Below are positions 12,778-26,714 of a stretch of DNA of 64,000 nt, piece after piece. The notes under the pieces are model-generated. The model worked only from the letters and a program-made list of their open reading frames with translations, was not told where the DNA came from and made no database searches. The stretch lies in assembly GCF_009914755.1 (NCBI RefSeq), contig NC_060927.1, one strand, 5' to 3'. Within the stretch, counting starts at the first letter, position 1. The number at the start of each line of letters is the position of its first letter. Origin of the DNA: the human T2T-CHM13v2.0 reference genome, Homo sapiens. Made by a program: the position numbers and the translations under genes.

Positions 12778-13160
12778 TGATATGATTTAGGTTTGTGTCC
12801 CCACTCAAATCTCATGTCGAATTGTAATCCCCAATGTTGGAGGAGGGGTCTGGTGGGAGGTGATTGGATCATAGGGGCAGATTTCCTCCTTGCTGTTCTC
12901 ATGCTAGTGAATGAGTTCTCACAAGATTTGGTTGTTTAAAAGTGTAGCACCTCCCACTTTGCTCTCTTCCTCCTTCTCTGGCCATGTAAGATGTGCCTGC
13001 TTCCCCTTTGCCTTCTGCCATGATTCTAAGTCTCCTGAGGCCTCCCCAGCCATGCTTCCTGTACAGCCTGTAAACTGTGAGCCAATTAAACCTCTTTTAT
13101 TTATAAATTGTCCAGTCTCAGGTAGTTCTTTATATAGCAATGTGAGAACGGACTAATACA
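12778..13160 (+). mobile_element. MSTA-like ERVL-MaLR solo LTR
   Basis: TGATATG...CTAATACA termini, 5-bp TSD ATTAA (12773-12777 and 13161-13165), internal ATTAAA signal. Confidence 0.9.
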
Positions 13161-13209
13161 ATTAAGGAAATTCATCTTATTGTATAACTGTTAGAAATAT
13201 TTCCCTCAG

Positions 13210-15180
13210 GGTCTCAGTCACTGCCACCAGCCCATGGACTCTGTTCTCCCACCACTCTGCCACCCCCCTCCTCTGCCGGTCACAATGGAAGAAGAAATCA
13301 CCATGCTTTTCATTGACATTGGCTCCAGCATGTACAAAGCTGGCTTTGCTGGGGTGACGCTTCCCGAGCCATGTTCCCTTCCATTGTCAGGTGCCCCTGG
13401 CACCATGGTGTCATGGTGGGCATGAGCCAGAAGGATTCCTATGTGGGCGATGAGGCCCAGACCAAGCACAGCATCCTGACCCTGAAGTACCCCATCAAGC
13501 ATGACATCATCACCAATGAGGTGGGACAACATGGAGAAGATCTGGCACCACACCTTCTACAACAAGCTGCATGTGGCCCCAGAAGAGTACCTTGTGCTGA
13601 TGACCAAGGCCCCCCCTTGTGCTGATGACCAAGGCCAACAGAGAGATGACTCAGATCATGTTTGAGGTCTTCAACACCCTGGCCATGTACATGGCCATCC
13701 AAGCTGTGCTGTCCCTCTACACCTCTGGGCGCACCACTGGCATTGCCATGGATTCTGGAGATGGGGTCGCCCACACGGTACCCATCTATGAGGGCTACAC
13801 CCTCCCCCATGCCATCCTGCATCTGGACCTGGCTGGCTGGGACCTGACTGACTACTTCATGAAGATCCTCATGGAGTGCAGCTACCGTTTCACCACCATG
13901 GCTGAGCAGGAGATTGTGTGTGACATCAAGGAGAAGCTGTGCAATATTGCCCTGGACTTCGAGCACAAGATGGCCACTGGCGCATCCTCCTCCTCTCTGG
14001 AGAAGAGCTACGAGGTGCCTGATGGCCAGGTCATCACCATCGGCAACGAGTGGTTCTGGTACCGGAGGCACTGTTTCAGCCTTCCAGGGCATGGAATCTT
14101 GTGGCATCCAAGAGACCACCTTCAACTCCATCATGAAGTGTGATGTGGACATCTGCAAAGAACTGTATGCCAAAATGGTGCTGTCCAGTGGCACCACCAT
14201 GTATCTGGGAATTGCCGACAGGATGCAGAAGGAGATCACCGCCCTGGCACCCAGCTCCACGAAGATCAAGATCATCATGCCCCCAGAGTGCAAGTACTCA
14301 GTGTGGATTGGTGGCTCCATCCTGGCCTCACTGTCCACCTTCCAGCAGATGTGGATTAGCAAGCAGGAGTATGATGAGTTGGACCCCTCCGTCGTCCACC
14401 ACAAATGCTTCTAAATGGACTGTGAACAGATGTGTAGCATTTGCTGCATGGGTTAATTCAGAAGTATAAATTTGCCCTTGGCAAATGCATACACCTCATG
14501 CTACCCTCACAAAACTGGAATAGCCTTCACGAAGAAATTGTCCTTGAAGCTTGTGTCTGATATAAGCACTGGATTGTAGAACTTGTTGCTGATTTTGACC
14601 TTGTATTCAAGTTAACTGTTCCCCTTGGTATTTGTTTAATACCCTGTACATATCTTTGATTTCAACCCTTAGTACATACATGTGGTTTGGTCACTTCATG
14701 GCTGAGGTAAGAACATGCTTGTGGAAGACAAGTCTGTGGCTTGGTGAGTCTGTGTGGCCAGCAGTCTCTGATCTGTGCAGGGTATTAATGTGTCAGGGCC
14801 GAGTGTTCTGGAATTTCTCTAGAGGCTCGCATGGGCTCCTGAACCAATTGTTTCTGTCCTGCTGGTCTGTCTGTCAGGGTTGGAAAAGTCCAAGCCATAG
14901 GACCCAGTTTTCTTTCTTAGCTGATGTTTTCCTGCTAGAACACCATGGACTGTTACTTGCCTTGAGTTGGAAGTAGTTTGCATTTATACCTGTAAATATA
15001 TTTATCCTTTTAATTTATGTAAGGTTTTTTTTTTGTATGCAATTCTGGATTCTTTAAAGAGATGACAATGAATTTTGGTTTTCTACTGTTATGTGAGAAC
15101 ATCAGTCCCCAGCAACATGTCATTGTGTAAGTAGAAATAAAAGCGCTGCTGTTAAAAAAAAAAGAGAAAAAGAAAAAAAA
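13210..15180 (+). pseudogene. ACTG1P1: Processed gamma-cytoplasmic actin pseudogene (full-length retrocopy)
   Basis: ACTG1-like 5' UTR, ATG at 13285 (MEEEI, gamma-type N-terminus), intronless frameshifted CDS ending VHHKCF* at 14414, ACTG1-type 3' UTR, AATAAA 15136-15141 and A tail 15154-15180. The 17-bp TSD agaa(a/g)tatttccctcag is at 13193-13209 and 15181-15197. The P1 number is inferred from linkage to RBP1. Confidence 0.95.
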
Positions 15181-16067
15181 AGAAGTATTTCCCTCAGTTT
15201 CCTGTTGCTTTTTAGCTTTCTGTATTATACTTTACAAATAGTTTTATTTTCCCCCAAACAATGCATACAGTTATTACAAAAGTCAAAGTATATAAGGCTT
15301 ATAATAAAGTGGAAGTCCTTCATCTCACTTCTACTCACTGAGTTCCTGCTTCCCAGAAACAACTGTTTTCATCTCTCTTAGCTGTTTCTCTGGCACTTAC
15401 CTCCAACTTCTAAATAATATGCTTATATTACTTTTTTTATTATATCAATTTTAGACATTTTCTATTGACTTCTGTCAATGGATGTTGAAGATTTCTCTCT
15501 TTTATAATAGTTCCTCCTTCCTTTCCCTCATATATACTTATGCCTTCTATTGGCTCTCTATATGTATTATTTAATTTTGGGGTAGGTCAACATTCAGTAT
15601 TTATATTATTTTGACTATTTAAATGTTATTTGTAGTTGAGCTGAATAATTTACTGTGATTAGATTTCCATTCCTGTCAACTCTTTGTTTTTCCTGGAGTT
15701 AACAATAGCCTCAGGTTTTTGTTTGCTTGAAATTGGTAGATTGGTAGTTTCTGTAGGCCCAAAATAGTTGAATATTTTCAATTTTATGTGTTTCAACTTA
15801 ATACACATCTTTGACTAGAATCAAGCACATTGAATAAGAATTTTTGTTTGTTTGTTTTTGTTTTTTTTTTTTAAGATATCATCCGGGAGCCCTTCATCCT
15901 CTTACAGTAGTCCTTCTGTTTAGGTTACATCTCAACTCAAGGAGGCTGTGCTATGCTTGGTGTCTTAGAATACAGAAGTCGACTGGAATAATTTCCTAGA
16001 AAGTAAACCTGTATTTTTTGATAGAGTTGGGCAGGCATAGTCAATTTTTTTGATGGGAGAGAGGTAA

Positions 16068-16399
<332 letters not shown>

Positions 16400-18675
16400 T
16401 AAGTATTTTATTGACTCTCCTGCTCTTAGTCTTAATCCCTGCCTTCTAGGACATTTGGTGCTTCTGACTTCTGAGCCTCTCAGGCATTCTGTGAGGAAAC
16501 TGGATGGCTTCTCATTGTCGTAATCCTTTTTGACACTTGCATTTCCATTTACTTACTCTACTCAGTCAGTTACTACTCATCCAACCACTTTTCCAAGTTT
16601 TCCCATCACTTATCTGCTGTTTCTTCTTTTTCACTTTATTTCATTTTGTGGATTTATGCCATCTGTATTCTTTTGTGAATAGCTCTGGAACATTTTTCAA
16701 TGGGTAAAAAAATATTAGTGAGTGTTCTGTCTAGCTCATTCATTCAGGTTCTCTCTGCCTCTGGCTGTCTTTGAGTAAGCTATTTCCCAATTCTGTAAAA
16801 AGACAAGTTAACTTGTGGAACTGAGCATAATATAAATATTTTCAATCTATAGGTATTTTATTTAAATCCTGACCACAATGCAAAGAGGTTTTCTCCAGTA
16901 GGGAATGTAAATCTCTTCAAGTCAAATCCTCATTTGAATCAATTGTAACATCTAACTGGTTCCCCCATTAATTAATGAGTTAATTAAAAATATTTGCCAA
17001 GTATTCATTTTATATTTATATGAGAGTTCTGACTGTACCTTTGGAAAAAAATATCTTTAAACAATTTTGGAGTTCCTGCTGAGATGCACAATAAGTTCTC
17101 CTGATCAGAGCCAAGTTTTCCTGTCACTTATCTGTTTCTTTTTTTTTTTTTCACTTTCTTTGCTTTTGTGGATTTAAACCATCTTTATTCTTGTGCCCAC
17201 AGAAGTATACTTTATGAGCAGCTTATGTCAAGACACATTTTTTCTTGGCTCCTTAAGGTGAATCCCAAGTGGCAATAGAACTTTAACTTTGCCAGCTCTA
17301 TATTCTCAGGAATTTTTTTCCTATCAGTTAATTTTGTGTTTTGTTTTTGATTCTTTTCCAGCCAGTAGGTTATACTTCATTGGTGACAGCAATTACTGGG
17401 AGTTTGGCCTTATGATCTGGCTATTTGGTGATCTGTGTAGATAGATGATAGATACCTGTTTGTTGTTGGGTAAGAGATGACAGAGAATCTGGTTTGTTAG
17501 TCTTTTTAATTTGTTTTCTGTTCGTTTGAATGTTTGTCTGTTTTGAAACAAATCAATTAGAAATTGCATGGCCACTAGGAAGGAGAATATCTCTTTGATA
17601 TCTGGATTGGTAAGGGTCTTTAAATTTGCTTTTTGTTTTAAATTTCTGTGTCTCTTGTGTTACTTGACCTGTGGCTAAAATTGTAGAATTGAAGCTATGA
17701 GCTTTCTGTCTGTAATTTGGAAAGGCATTTACCTCTCAATGTGTGTATATATATTCCTATTTCTGGAGGGTGTAAGTAAATAAGATTACAAAGTCTTTTA
17801 AGTTAAAGGATATTTGTTCTGATTGGTTAATAGAATATATAAATGCCTATATAAAATCCCTAAAACATAAGCTAATTAAATTTCTAATACTTTAATGTGC
17901 TATAAAAATGTGCTACAATTGGTTCTTCCTGAAGCTAACTCAGAAACCTTTTAAGAATCTGAATTCACATAATTAAGCAAATATTTGGCAAATGACTAGT
18001 TTACCAATGTGAGTTTAATAAAAACAGCTTTGTCTTTTCTGACTTATCACTATTAAGCATAATATAAGCAAACAGCTTATTTTACCTGGGTATGTTTTTC
18101 TTATTATTTTTTAACTGATCAAATAAGCTAACATTACTTTTATGTAATGTTTAAGATTGTAAAAAATGTAAATTTATGTCTAAGTGAAGTGAATCCTTAT
18201 TCTGACACACTTTTTATTTCAACAGTAATTGTGTTTTATAGTATGTCATGTTGAAGATAATTTTTAAGATCTCTAGGTAACTTAAGCCTTATATCGATAT
18301 TAAATAAATTAATATGTAATCAACAGATATCTAGTTACTAAGTAGGATAGGACACTGACATATATTATTAAGGATAATTTTACTTATTTTTGTATGTTAG
18401 AGAAGCTGTAACAATGAGTCATGTTAATAAATGTGCTCACTTTTGCTACACAGGGATGCATGAGACTACAAAAAGTTGTATTATGAATTTTGTTAATCTG
18501 CTAAATGCTTTGAGATGACAGAAAGATGTTAATTATCCACTTTCTTGTCTTTTCTGTGAAATAGAAGTTAATTACTTCAGTTAAAAGTTATAATTAATAT
18601 GAGTGGTTACAACCACACTGGGAACAATAGTGACAGAAAAATGCAACTGAGAATATGCTTTTGTTTTTCCATAAG

Positions 18676-18915
18676 CAGCAGTTCTTGGAATTTTTGTTCT
18701 TCAGATTACTTCACACTTATTGAGGACCTCAAAGAGCTTTTGTATATGTGATTACAACTATTTATATTTACTATATTAAAAATCAAAACTGGGAAATATT
18801 TAAAATATCCATTTATTCATTTATTTAAAGATGGCAATGATGAATGTATAGCATGTGATCATAAATAAGAGCTTCATACTATTATAAAATTAGTTTTAAA
18901 CTTCTGGACCCCCTG
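18676..18915 (+). mobile_element. hAT-Charlie1-like DNA transposon remnant (internally deleted)
   Basis: cagcagttctt...ttattgaggacctcaaagagcttttg resembles the Charlie1 left end. Confidence 0.6.
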
Positions 18916-19106
18916 ATATCTGCATTAGAATAAAAGTGTCACCAGAGTATGAAAGAGCATAATAAAGGCTAAAACTTCAAAGTTAAAGCTTAGTATTTAA
19001 GCTACTAAATGTGTTAAAACTTCTACAAAATTCACTCAGTCTTGATGGGCTTGGTTCCTTGATTTACTGATTGTCTTTTCCTACAATGTGAATGGTTATT
19101 CTTTTT

Positions 19107-19216
19107 ATGGTAACCAACCTTCCTGATTTGCCTTGAACCACAGGGTTTCCTGGATGTGAAATTTTTGGCGCTAAAACCAAAACATTCCTAGAGAAACCAG
19201 GATAGTTGGTTGCCCT
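19107..19216 (+). mobile_element. MER81-like hAT-Blackjack MITE
   Basis: Terminal inverted repeats ggtaaccaac...gttggttgccct, about 110 bp. Confidence 0.7.
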
Positions 19217-20937
19217 ATTTACTTTCTGTTAATCTGCCTAGAAAGCAAAGATTCTGTGACTCACCTGAATAGTTGTACATTCTGTATGTTAACTTTATGC
19301 TCTTATCTATGAAAAAGTAGAAAAACGAGAAGAAGAAAAAAAAAAGAGGAGGGGGAGGCTGAGGAGTGGGGGTGTGCAGGGGAGAAGAAGGAGGAAGAGG
19401 AAGAGGAAAAAATGTCCCTTATTTATGAAAGTAAGTTTTTTCTTTCATGTAGGGTTCTTTACAACCATGTTACCTTGTATATTCATTTTTAAATGTCTTA
19501 TTGTCACTTTAATAGGAAACCAAATACTATTTCTCAGGCACTCATGAACCTATCTTAATCAAGTGTCCAAATCTTTGACAGCTTTTTTGATTTTTGCCTT
19601 TCTAAAATCAGACCTGAAATATAGAAGAAAATAAAATAAAACTTGCAGGACATCTTTTATACCTAAAACAGTTTTTGAGATTTCCCAGAGGATTCCTAGA
19701 AAATCAAAAAGATTTGTTCTTTTACTTTATAAAAAGAGATACTGGAAATGATTAGCTTTTGTGGGTTGCATGGAAGAGTTGTCACATCAGACGATCTGTC
19801 TTGTGTTCTCTAGATTAAATTTGCATAGGTCAGATGCTATTAATATAAATATTTTAGAAACTTTATGCCTTATGAGTTATTCATCAATGCCTTGCTTTCT
19901 GTATATGTTTCAATTTTAAGGAAAACACTGATCAAAAAGTCTTATAAAGTAGTTCTGTTGAATTTTCCTATATTTGTCTGAGTCTTAGTAGTGTTTTACC
20001 TGATTATATTGAGCAATAGTGCATTTCAATTGTTGTTTAAAATATTAATTGGCCACAGCCTTTTTTCATTTTTTAAAAAGCTTGAATCGAATAATTTTAG
20101 GCCAGTGGTTCTCAATGCACAGATATACTCACAAAGTTTTATAGAAATAGAGAAGTCTAAGCCCTACTCCAGACTTACTGAATCTCTTTTCTTGATATTC
20201 TTGGTATGCTATTTACATGCTAAATCTAAGGATTATTGTATGTTGTAGCTCAATAATTTTTCCTCTATAAAACATATTCATCTAGTTTTATAAAGTGGAT
20301 ATGACATTCACTAATTTCTTAAAAAGTAGACTTAATCATTACCCTAGGAGATATTTGTTTACATTTTTTTCAAGTGAATGGCTTTATTATCTTTGTTTTG
20401 CATGCCACCAATCAAACAACCAACTTTCCTTGTTGCATTGTTCTTGCATTATTTTTATTATACATTCTCATCAGTCCTTTTACACTTGAAAATTAATAAA
20501 ATAATTATAGCTCTGTCATTCATGAGTGGTTTTTGTTTTACTCTAATGCTTATTGAAGTTTCTCCTGTTAGCTACAGGCTGGGGTTGGTGTCTTCAACAA
20601 AGAAGGACAGGCTCAGAGTCTTATGGAAAAGGTTACTTCAAATACTGACCCTTCAAAGTATTGATTCTTAGGTAGAGGTATCTGACTTGGAAACACTTAA
20701 GCAACTTTCAGATCATATCAGTATAATGAGTGAGGATTTCCAGAACTCTTTTTAGTTGAGGAGCAGACGGCCTCATGAGACTACTATCTATGTATGCATT
20801 TGCATCATCTACAGATATTGATAGTTTTTTCTTTTTATTTCCGATTTTTATACTTTTATTGCTTTTGATTGTCTAAATGTAATGGCTAAACCTTCCAAAA
20901 AAGTAGTTAATAATACTGATGACAGTGGACATTTTTG

Positions 20938-21246
20938 TTTTCTTCTTCTTTTTTTTTTTTTTTGAGATGGAGTCTTGCTCTGTCACCCAGGCTGGAGTGC
21001 ATTGGTGCTGTCTTGGCTCACTTTAAACTACACCTCCTGAGTTCAAGCAATTCTTCTGCCTCCGCCCCACAAGTAGCTGGGATTACAGGTGTGCGCCACC
21101 ATGCCTGGCTAAATTTTGTATTTTTAGTAGAGACAGGGTTTCACCATATTGGCCAGGCTGGTCTCGAACTGCTGACCTCAGGTGATCCGCCTGCCTCGGC
21201 TTCCCAAAGTGCTGGGGATTACAGGTGTGAGCCACCTTGCCCAGCC
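20938..21246 (-). mobile_element. AluSx-like
   Basis: Antisense Alu dimer with ctgacctcaggtgatcc. Confidence 0.92.
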
Positions 21247-21704
21247 TGTTTTTTTCTTGATTTTAGTGGAAATACTTTTAGTAGTGTTTTTACGATAAGA
21301 CTGATTTGTTAGTTTTTAGTTTAATGTATCTTGTTAAGAAGTCAGCCATCCATATCTATTTTACTCAGCATTCATTTTTAAGTTAGTATCAATAATAGAT
21401 GTTCGGCATTGTATGATTTTCTCTTTTAACATATTAATATAATAAATCACATTGAATCTTCCTTACCTTCTAGGAATTAACACCATTGTTTATGGCATAT
21501 TTTAAAATGTGCTTTGTGATTATATTTGGTTATATTTATTTAGAATATTTACATGTATATTTATGAATAAGGCTAATATATCATTTTTAAATTTGAGACT
21601 ATCTTGTCTGTTTGGGGTATGAATACTGTACTGGTTTGTAAAATAAATTTGGAAGCTTTTCTTTTTCCTCTCTCTGTCCTAGATTGTTTTACATAAGAGG
21701 TGGT

Positions 21705-23450
21705 TAGGGTTGGAAGTGAAGACTTAAAGCTGTCATTATTTGAGGTGGTATAATCATTTACCTAGGAAAAATCACAGTCAACACCCAATCCATTAGAACT
21801 GATAAGAGAATTCAGAAAGTTTGCCAGATATAAGAGCAACCTACAAAAATCAATAGTATTGCCTTATGCAACCTATAACTTACTAGAAAATATAATAAAA
21901 GAGGGAGAAATTATTCACAAGGGCAAGAAATCTACAAAGAGTCTAGGAATTAATAGAAGCAAAAACACACAATATCTCTAAGGAGAAATCTTAAAACTGC
22001 CATTAAAGGACACAGAAGATGATTGAATAAAGGGGGAGACAGTCTATGCCCTTGGATTGGATAACTTAACATTGCAAAGATTTATATTGCCCACAAATTC
22101 ATCTATAAACTCAATGTATTCCCAAATGAAATTCCATGTAGATGTTTTTGGGAATATTATAAATTCACTCTAAAATTCATATGGAGGAATAAAAGTCCAT
22201 GTATAGCTAAGTCTTTATAAAGAACAGTGAAGGATGGGGATTTATCTTACCAGATATTAAGATATACTACAAAGCCAAAGTAATAAATATACAATGATAT
22301 TGACACAAGTTTAGATAAACAGACCAGTGGAGCAAAATACAGAGTTCAGAGACAGACCACTGTGTATGTGGGAAGTTAGTGTACAGTGAAAGTGCCACTA
22401 TGATTCAATGGGAGAGGAACAGAGAGTGAGCAAACTGGTTCATTATACAGAGAGAAATAAGACCAGATATCTTGCCAACACCACATACAAAGGTGCATTC
22501 TATGTTAATTAAAGACCTAACTGTGAATGGTAAAACTACAACATTTTAAGAAGATGTAGGAGATTATTTCTGTACCTAAGAAGGAAAGACTTCTTAAACA
22601 AAACTTCAGAAACACAAACTATCACGCAAAAAATTATATTTATTACATATAAATTAAGAGTTTCTGGAAAAAAATAGAAAAATTTCTAACATTCCAAAAA
22701 TAATAGTAAAGAAATTTCTAACATTCTAAAAGAAAATTAAGGATTTCTGTTCAACAAAGGATACTACTGAGAAGGCTAATTTATAACAGAATGAGAGAAA
22801 ACAGTTGCAATATCCAAACCAACAAATGAATATTAATAATATCTACTACAAGCACAGAAGGTAAAACTCAAAATTCTAACAAATATGTGAAATGGTATGC
22901 AAACTTATTAGGAGTCAGGGAAATGTGAATTAGACAATAATGAAGTATAACTTTATAGTTGTTAAACCAGCCAAAGGTAGAAGGTGGATAATTCCAAGTG
23001 TGGTAGTGATACACAGGACAGAAGGATATGGGAGCTTGAGGATGTGTAGATGGTACAGCCACCTCAAACATAGTCTGGCCCTATTCAGTCAAACACATTG
23101 TCTATGCATTCCCTAGACCCTTCCACTTCTGGAGTACATATCTTGAGGCAATTCTCACATAGATCCATGAGTGGCCTGTATAGGGACATTGTAGGAACTT
23201 GTGTATCCCATACTGGCAAGGTGAAGAGGTAAAATGTGGTAAATGTACATCATGAAATATTATAAAACTATTAGAAGCAATTAATTAAATGTGTACAGAG
23301 CAACATGAATGAACCCCCCTCCCAAATGAATGAAGCAAAAAAAAATGTAGGAAACACAATGAGATATATAACACAATCTCATTTACATAAGTTAAAAATA
23401 TAGTACCATGGAACAATGCACATCTTGTAAAAATATGCTAACATTAAAGT
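21705..23450 (+). mobile_element. Old L1M/L1ME fragment (ORF2 3' half and 3' UTR), flanked by antisense L1 remnants
   Basis: Degenerate ORF2 motifs (ttagaactgataagagaattcag; ctacaaaaatcaatag); A-rich on the plus strand. Confidence 0.65.
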
Positions 23451-23488
23451 GGAGAGAATGAAAGAACAAAGACAAAAAGGAACAAAGT

Positions 23489-23490
<2 letters not shown>

Positions 23491-23535
<45 letters not shown>
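23491..23535. repeat. (CA)n microsatellite
   Basis: About 22 CA units. Confidence 0.95.
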
Positions 23536-23537
<2 letters not shown>

Positions 23538-23982
23538 AACCTTGAAAGAAAAAATGCAGTAGTATCATTTGCCCCTTGAAGATTTAATTAAAAATTGCCT
23601 ATGAAACCATCTGGGCATGGTGCTTTTGTGGGAAAGGATATTTCCTTGATAACTTTCTTGATTTCATCTAAGGCAATTGGTCTCTTTAGATTTTCTGCCT
23701 ATTCTAGGACCAGTTTTGGTGTTTCTTATTTTACTTGAAAATTTTCCATTTTTTGAGGAAATAATTATATTTACTTTTATTTCCTCTGTATCAGTGGCTG
23801 TTTCCCCATTCTATTTTTAGTTTTATGTATTTGTGATTTCTTATTTTTTCTTAGTTTGGTTATTAGGTAGTAGTGTCTTTATTTTTAAATATCCAACTCT
23901 TAGATTTGTTTTATTTTTGTTTTCAGTGTCATTAATTTCTGCTTGTTGCTTTAGCAATTTCTTCCTCCTATTGTCCTTATGC

Positions 23983-24296
23983 TTATTATTATTATTATTG
24001 TTATTTTTTTTTTTGAGATGGAGTTTCGCTCTGTCCCCAGGCTGGAGTGCAGTGGTGCGATCTCGGCTCACTGCGAGCTCTGCCTCCCGGGATTCACGCC
24101 ATTCTCCAGCCTCAGCCTCCTGAGTAGCTGGGACTACAAGCACCTGCCACCATGCCTGGCTAATTTTTTGTATTTTTAGTAGAGACGGGGTTTCACTGTG
24201 TTAGCTAGGATGGTCTGGATCTCCTGACCTCGTGATCCGCCTGCCTCAGCCTCCCAAAGTGCTGGGATTACAAGCATGAGCCACCGCGCCCAGCCG
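23983..24296 (-). mobile_element. AluY-like
   Basis: AluY diagnostics (ttcacgccattctcc, tgtgttagc..ggatggtct, gacctcgtgatcc) and a (TTA)n/T tail. Confidence 0.9.
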
Positions 24297-24299
24297 ATT

Positions 24300-25100
24300 T
24301 ATTCAAGTTTTCTATAGATTCTTTGTCAGATGCACAGTTTGCAAATATTTTTTCCTATTCTGTAGGTTGTGTGTTTACTCTGTTGATTGTTTTGTTTTGT
24401 TTTGCTGGGCAGAAGCTCTTTAGTTTAATTAGGTCCCAATTGTCAATTTTTGTTTTTGTTGCATTTGCTTTTGAAAATTTAGTCATAAATTCTTTGTCTG
24501 GACCAGTGCCCAGAAGTGTATTTCTATGTTTTATTCTCAGATTTTTGTAGTTTGAGGTCTTACATTTAAATCTTTAATCCATCTTGTGTTAATTTTTGTA
24601 TATGATTAGAGATACGGATCCAGTTTCATTCTTCTGCATATGGTTAGGGAGTTTTCACAGAACCATTTATTGACTAGCGTATCTTTTCCCCATTGTTTAT
24701 TTTTGCTGACTTTGTCAAAGATCAGTGGGTTGTAGGTGTGCAGTTTTATTTCAGGGTTCTGTATTCTGTTCCATTGGTTTATGTGTCTATTTCTGCACTA
24801 GTACCAGCTAGCATTTAGTATTATCAGTATTTTTAATTTTTGCCATTCTAACAAGTATTTAGTGGTATGTCACTGTGGTTTTAATGTGGATTTTCTTAAT
24901 GTCTAATTGTGTTAAACATCTTTTAATGTGTTTGTTTACTATCTTTGTTTCTTCACTGGTGGAATGTCCACTCAAGTCTTTTGCCCATTTTCTTATTGGA
25001 TTTTTTTTTTATTTAACTGGTGAGTTTAGAGAGTTCCATATTGTTTTAGATATGAGTCCTTTGTCAAATATGTAATTTGCAAATATTTTTCCCATGTAGT
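24300..25100 (-). mobile_element. LINE-1 ORF2/3' fragments
   Basis: tttgcaaatattttttcc...cagaagctctttagtttaattaggtccc motifs. Confidence 0.75.
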
Positions 25101-26714
25101 TTTAATATTATCACCAATTTCTAACCATTTTGCTATTTAAATTTTGATTTACAGTTTAATTCAAAGGTTTTTAAGGGAGTAAGTAGAATACAAAGAGAAT
25201 AAAATTTATTAATGATATAATGTTAGCCAGCAGTGGTTATCTAGGGCAAAGGGAAAGTCATCTTGCTTAGGTAGGGCTTTTAGCTGAGTCTTGAAGAATA
25301 GGCAGGGCTTGGGGGGAAAAATCTGTGGTTGATTACAGCAACCTTGAGGGTTTATTAATCAGGGGCTATAAAATAATGAGAGTCCCAAAGTGCAAAAGAG
25401 CAGAGATTTTCTGAAGACATATCCAAGCATTATCTTCATACCCCAGATTAGGTGATGCAATGCCCACCTCATCTGAAGAACAGCACCCTCTCAGAGGTGG
25501 CCTCTTTTGTGGGCCAAAGGTCCCCACCTATGGCTACGTGGCAGGAAGATTTCTTAACACGGTCTGGAGGTCTTCATAGAAGGGCCATAAATGTAAGCAT
25601 GATCAAGGTTGGGCTGATAAACACACTGTGTGAAGTTCAGGCTATTAATTAACTTATTGCACAGTTTTGTACCCAGTAACTTAGAGAACTCAGGGAGCAG
25701 CAGAGAGGGAGAGGTGAACAGCATGAGACTAGGTCCTGCCTGGCTAGAGAAAGTCTAATGGAGGCCCTGTGGTCATCAAATGGGTCAGTAAGAAAGAGTT
25801 CCTTGATATGCAACCTGACTTGGCCCCTGTCTGCCAAGATTTCAGCAGAACCAAACCAACTGAAATTGAGTAAACTTAGTTAGAAAAGAGTGACTCAAGG
25901 AGGGCTTCTTGGAGGAAGCACTTTTTGAGCAAGTTCGTAAGAATTGCTAGAAAGGGAAGGATCAGGCATTTTTCAGGAGAAAATGGGAAGGAAAATAATG
26001 TCGTGCAGGAGCCATCACATTCACTTCAGGAGACAAGCCTAGCTCAAACAGAAAGAGAGTGTTCAGATTTTCAGAAAAGGGACTTCAGGGGGCTTTAAAC
26101 ACCAAAATGAGCAGGGCAGATGCTACATGACAGGAATTAAGGTGCTACTCTGGGCACTGGAAGTTCCCTGAAACTCTCTCCCCTGCCACTTCTCACAGTG
26201 TCTGAGACATCACAGAGGGTCTAAGAGCACTTTTTTGGATTAAGGCCTTGCTCCCTTAAGGTTCTTCTTTTAGAAGCAGAAAGATACTTCTTCCTTCTGG
26301 TAATGCCCCCACACAATGGACCAGCCTACAGTGCTACACCTGGGGTTGTGTATCTGTGCTTGCTAGAAATATCCCCTTAGCTTTGGAAGTATTTAACCCC
26401 CTTGCAGGGAGTCTTTCTAGATTCCTGCATCTCACACTGCCCTCTAGATGCCAGCAAGCTCCTGGAGCACTGGCCCTCTGGAGTACTCATTCAGTCCCTT
26501 GTCCTGATGTGACATTTCCTGAGTGAATGGCCAGTCATGGTTTCAGCACTGAGCCAGTGGTCAACACACATTTACCGAGGAATGAAAGACTTCAGGGAGA
26601 TATCTCAATCCCCCAAGGCCATTTTGAAATTGTTATCTGATATTGCTCTCATTTATTTATTTTATTTCATTGGGGTTATTGCTCTTGTTGTAGTTGTTCT
26701 TGTTCTTGTTTGTC

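Larger units (their letters stand above)
16740..20780. mobile_element. Degenerate ERV1 (MER4-group-like) internal sequence
   Basis: AT-rich non-coding stretch with motifs resembling MER4/MER34-int (ttgagatttcccagaggattcctagaaaatc...gatttgttc). No intact retroviral ORFs; boundaries uncertain. Confidence 0.45.

Noticed and set aside
13439-14404. 321-aa minus-strand ORF, the longest in the window
   Set aside because: It is an antisense shadow of the actin pseudogene. Codon bias leaves few stops on the opposite strand, it crosses sense-strand frameshifts, and it resembles no known protein.
13234-14414. Actin-like ORFs (174 aa, 166 aa and others) as a functional actin gene
   Set aside because: The CDS is split over several frames by indels, is intronless, and has an A tail and TSDs, so it is a processed pseudogene.
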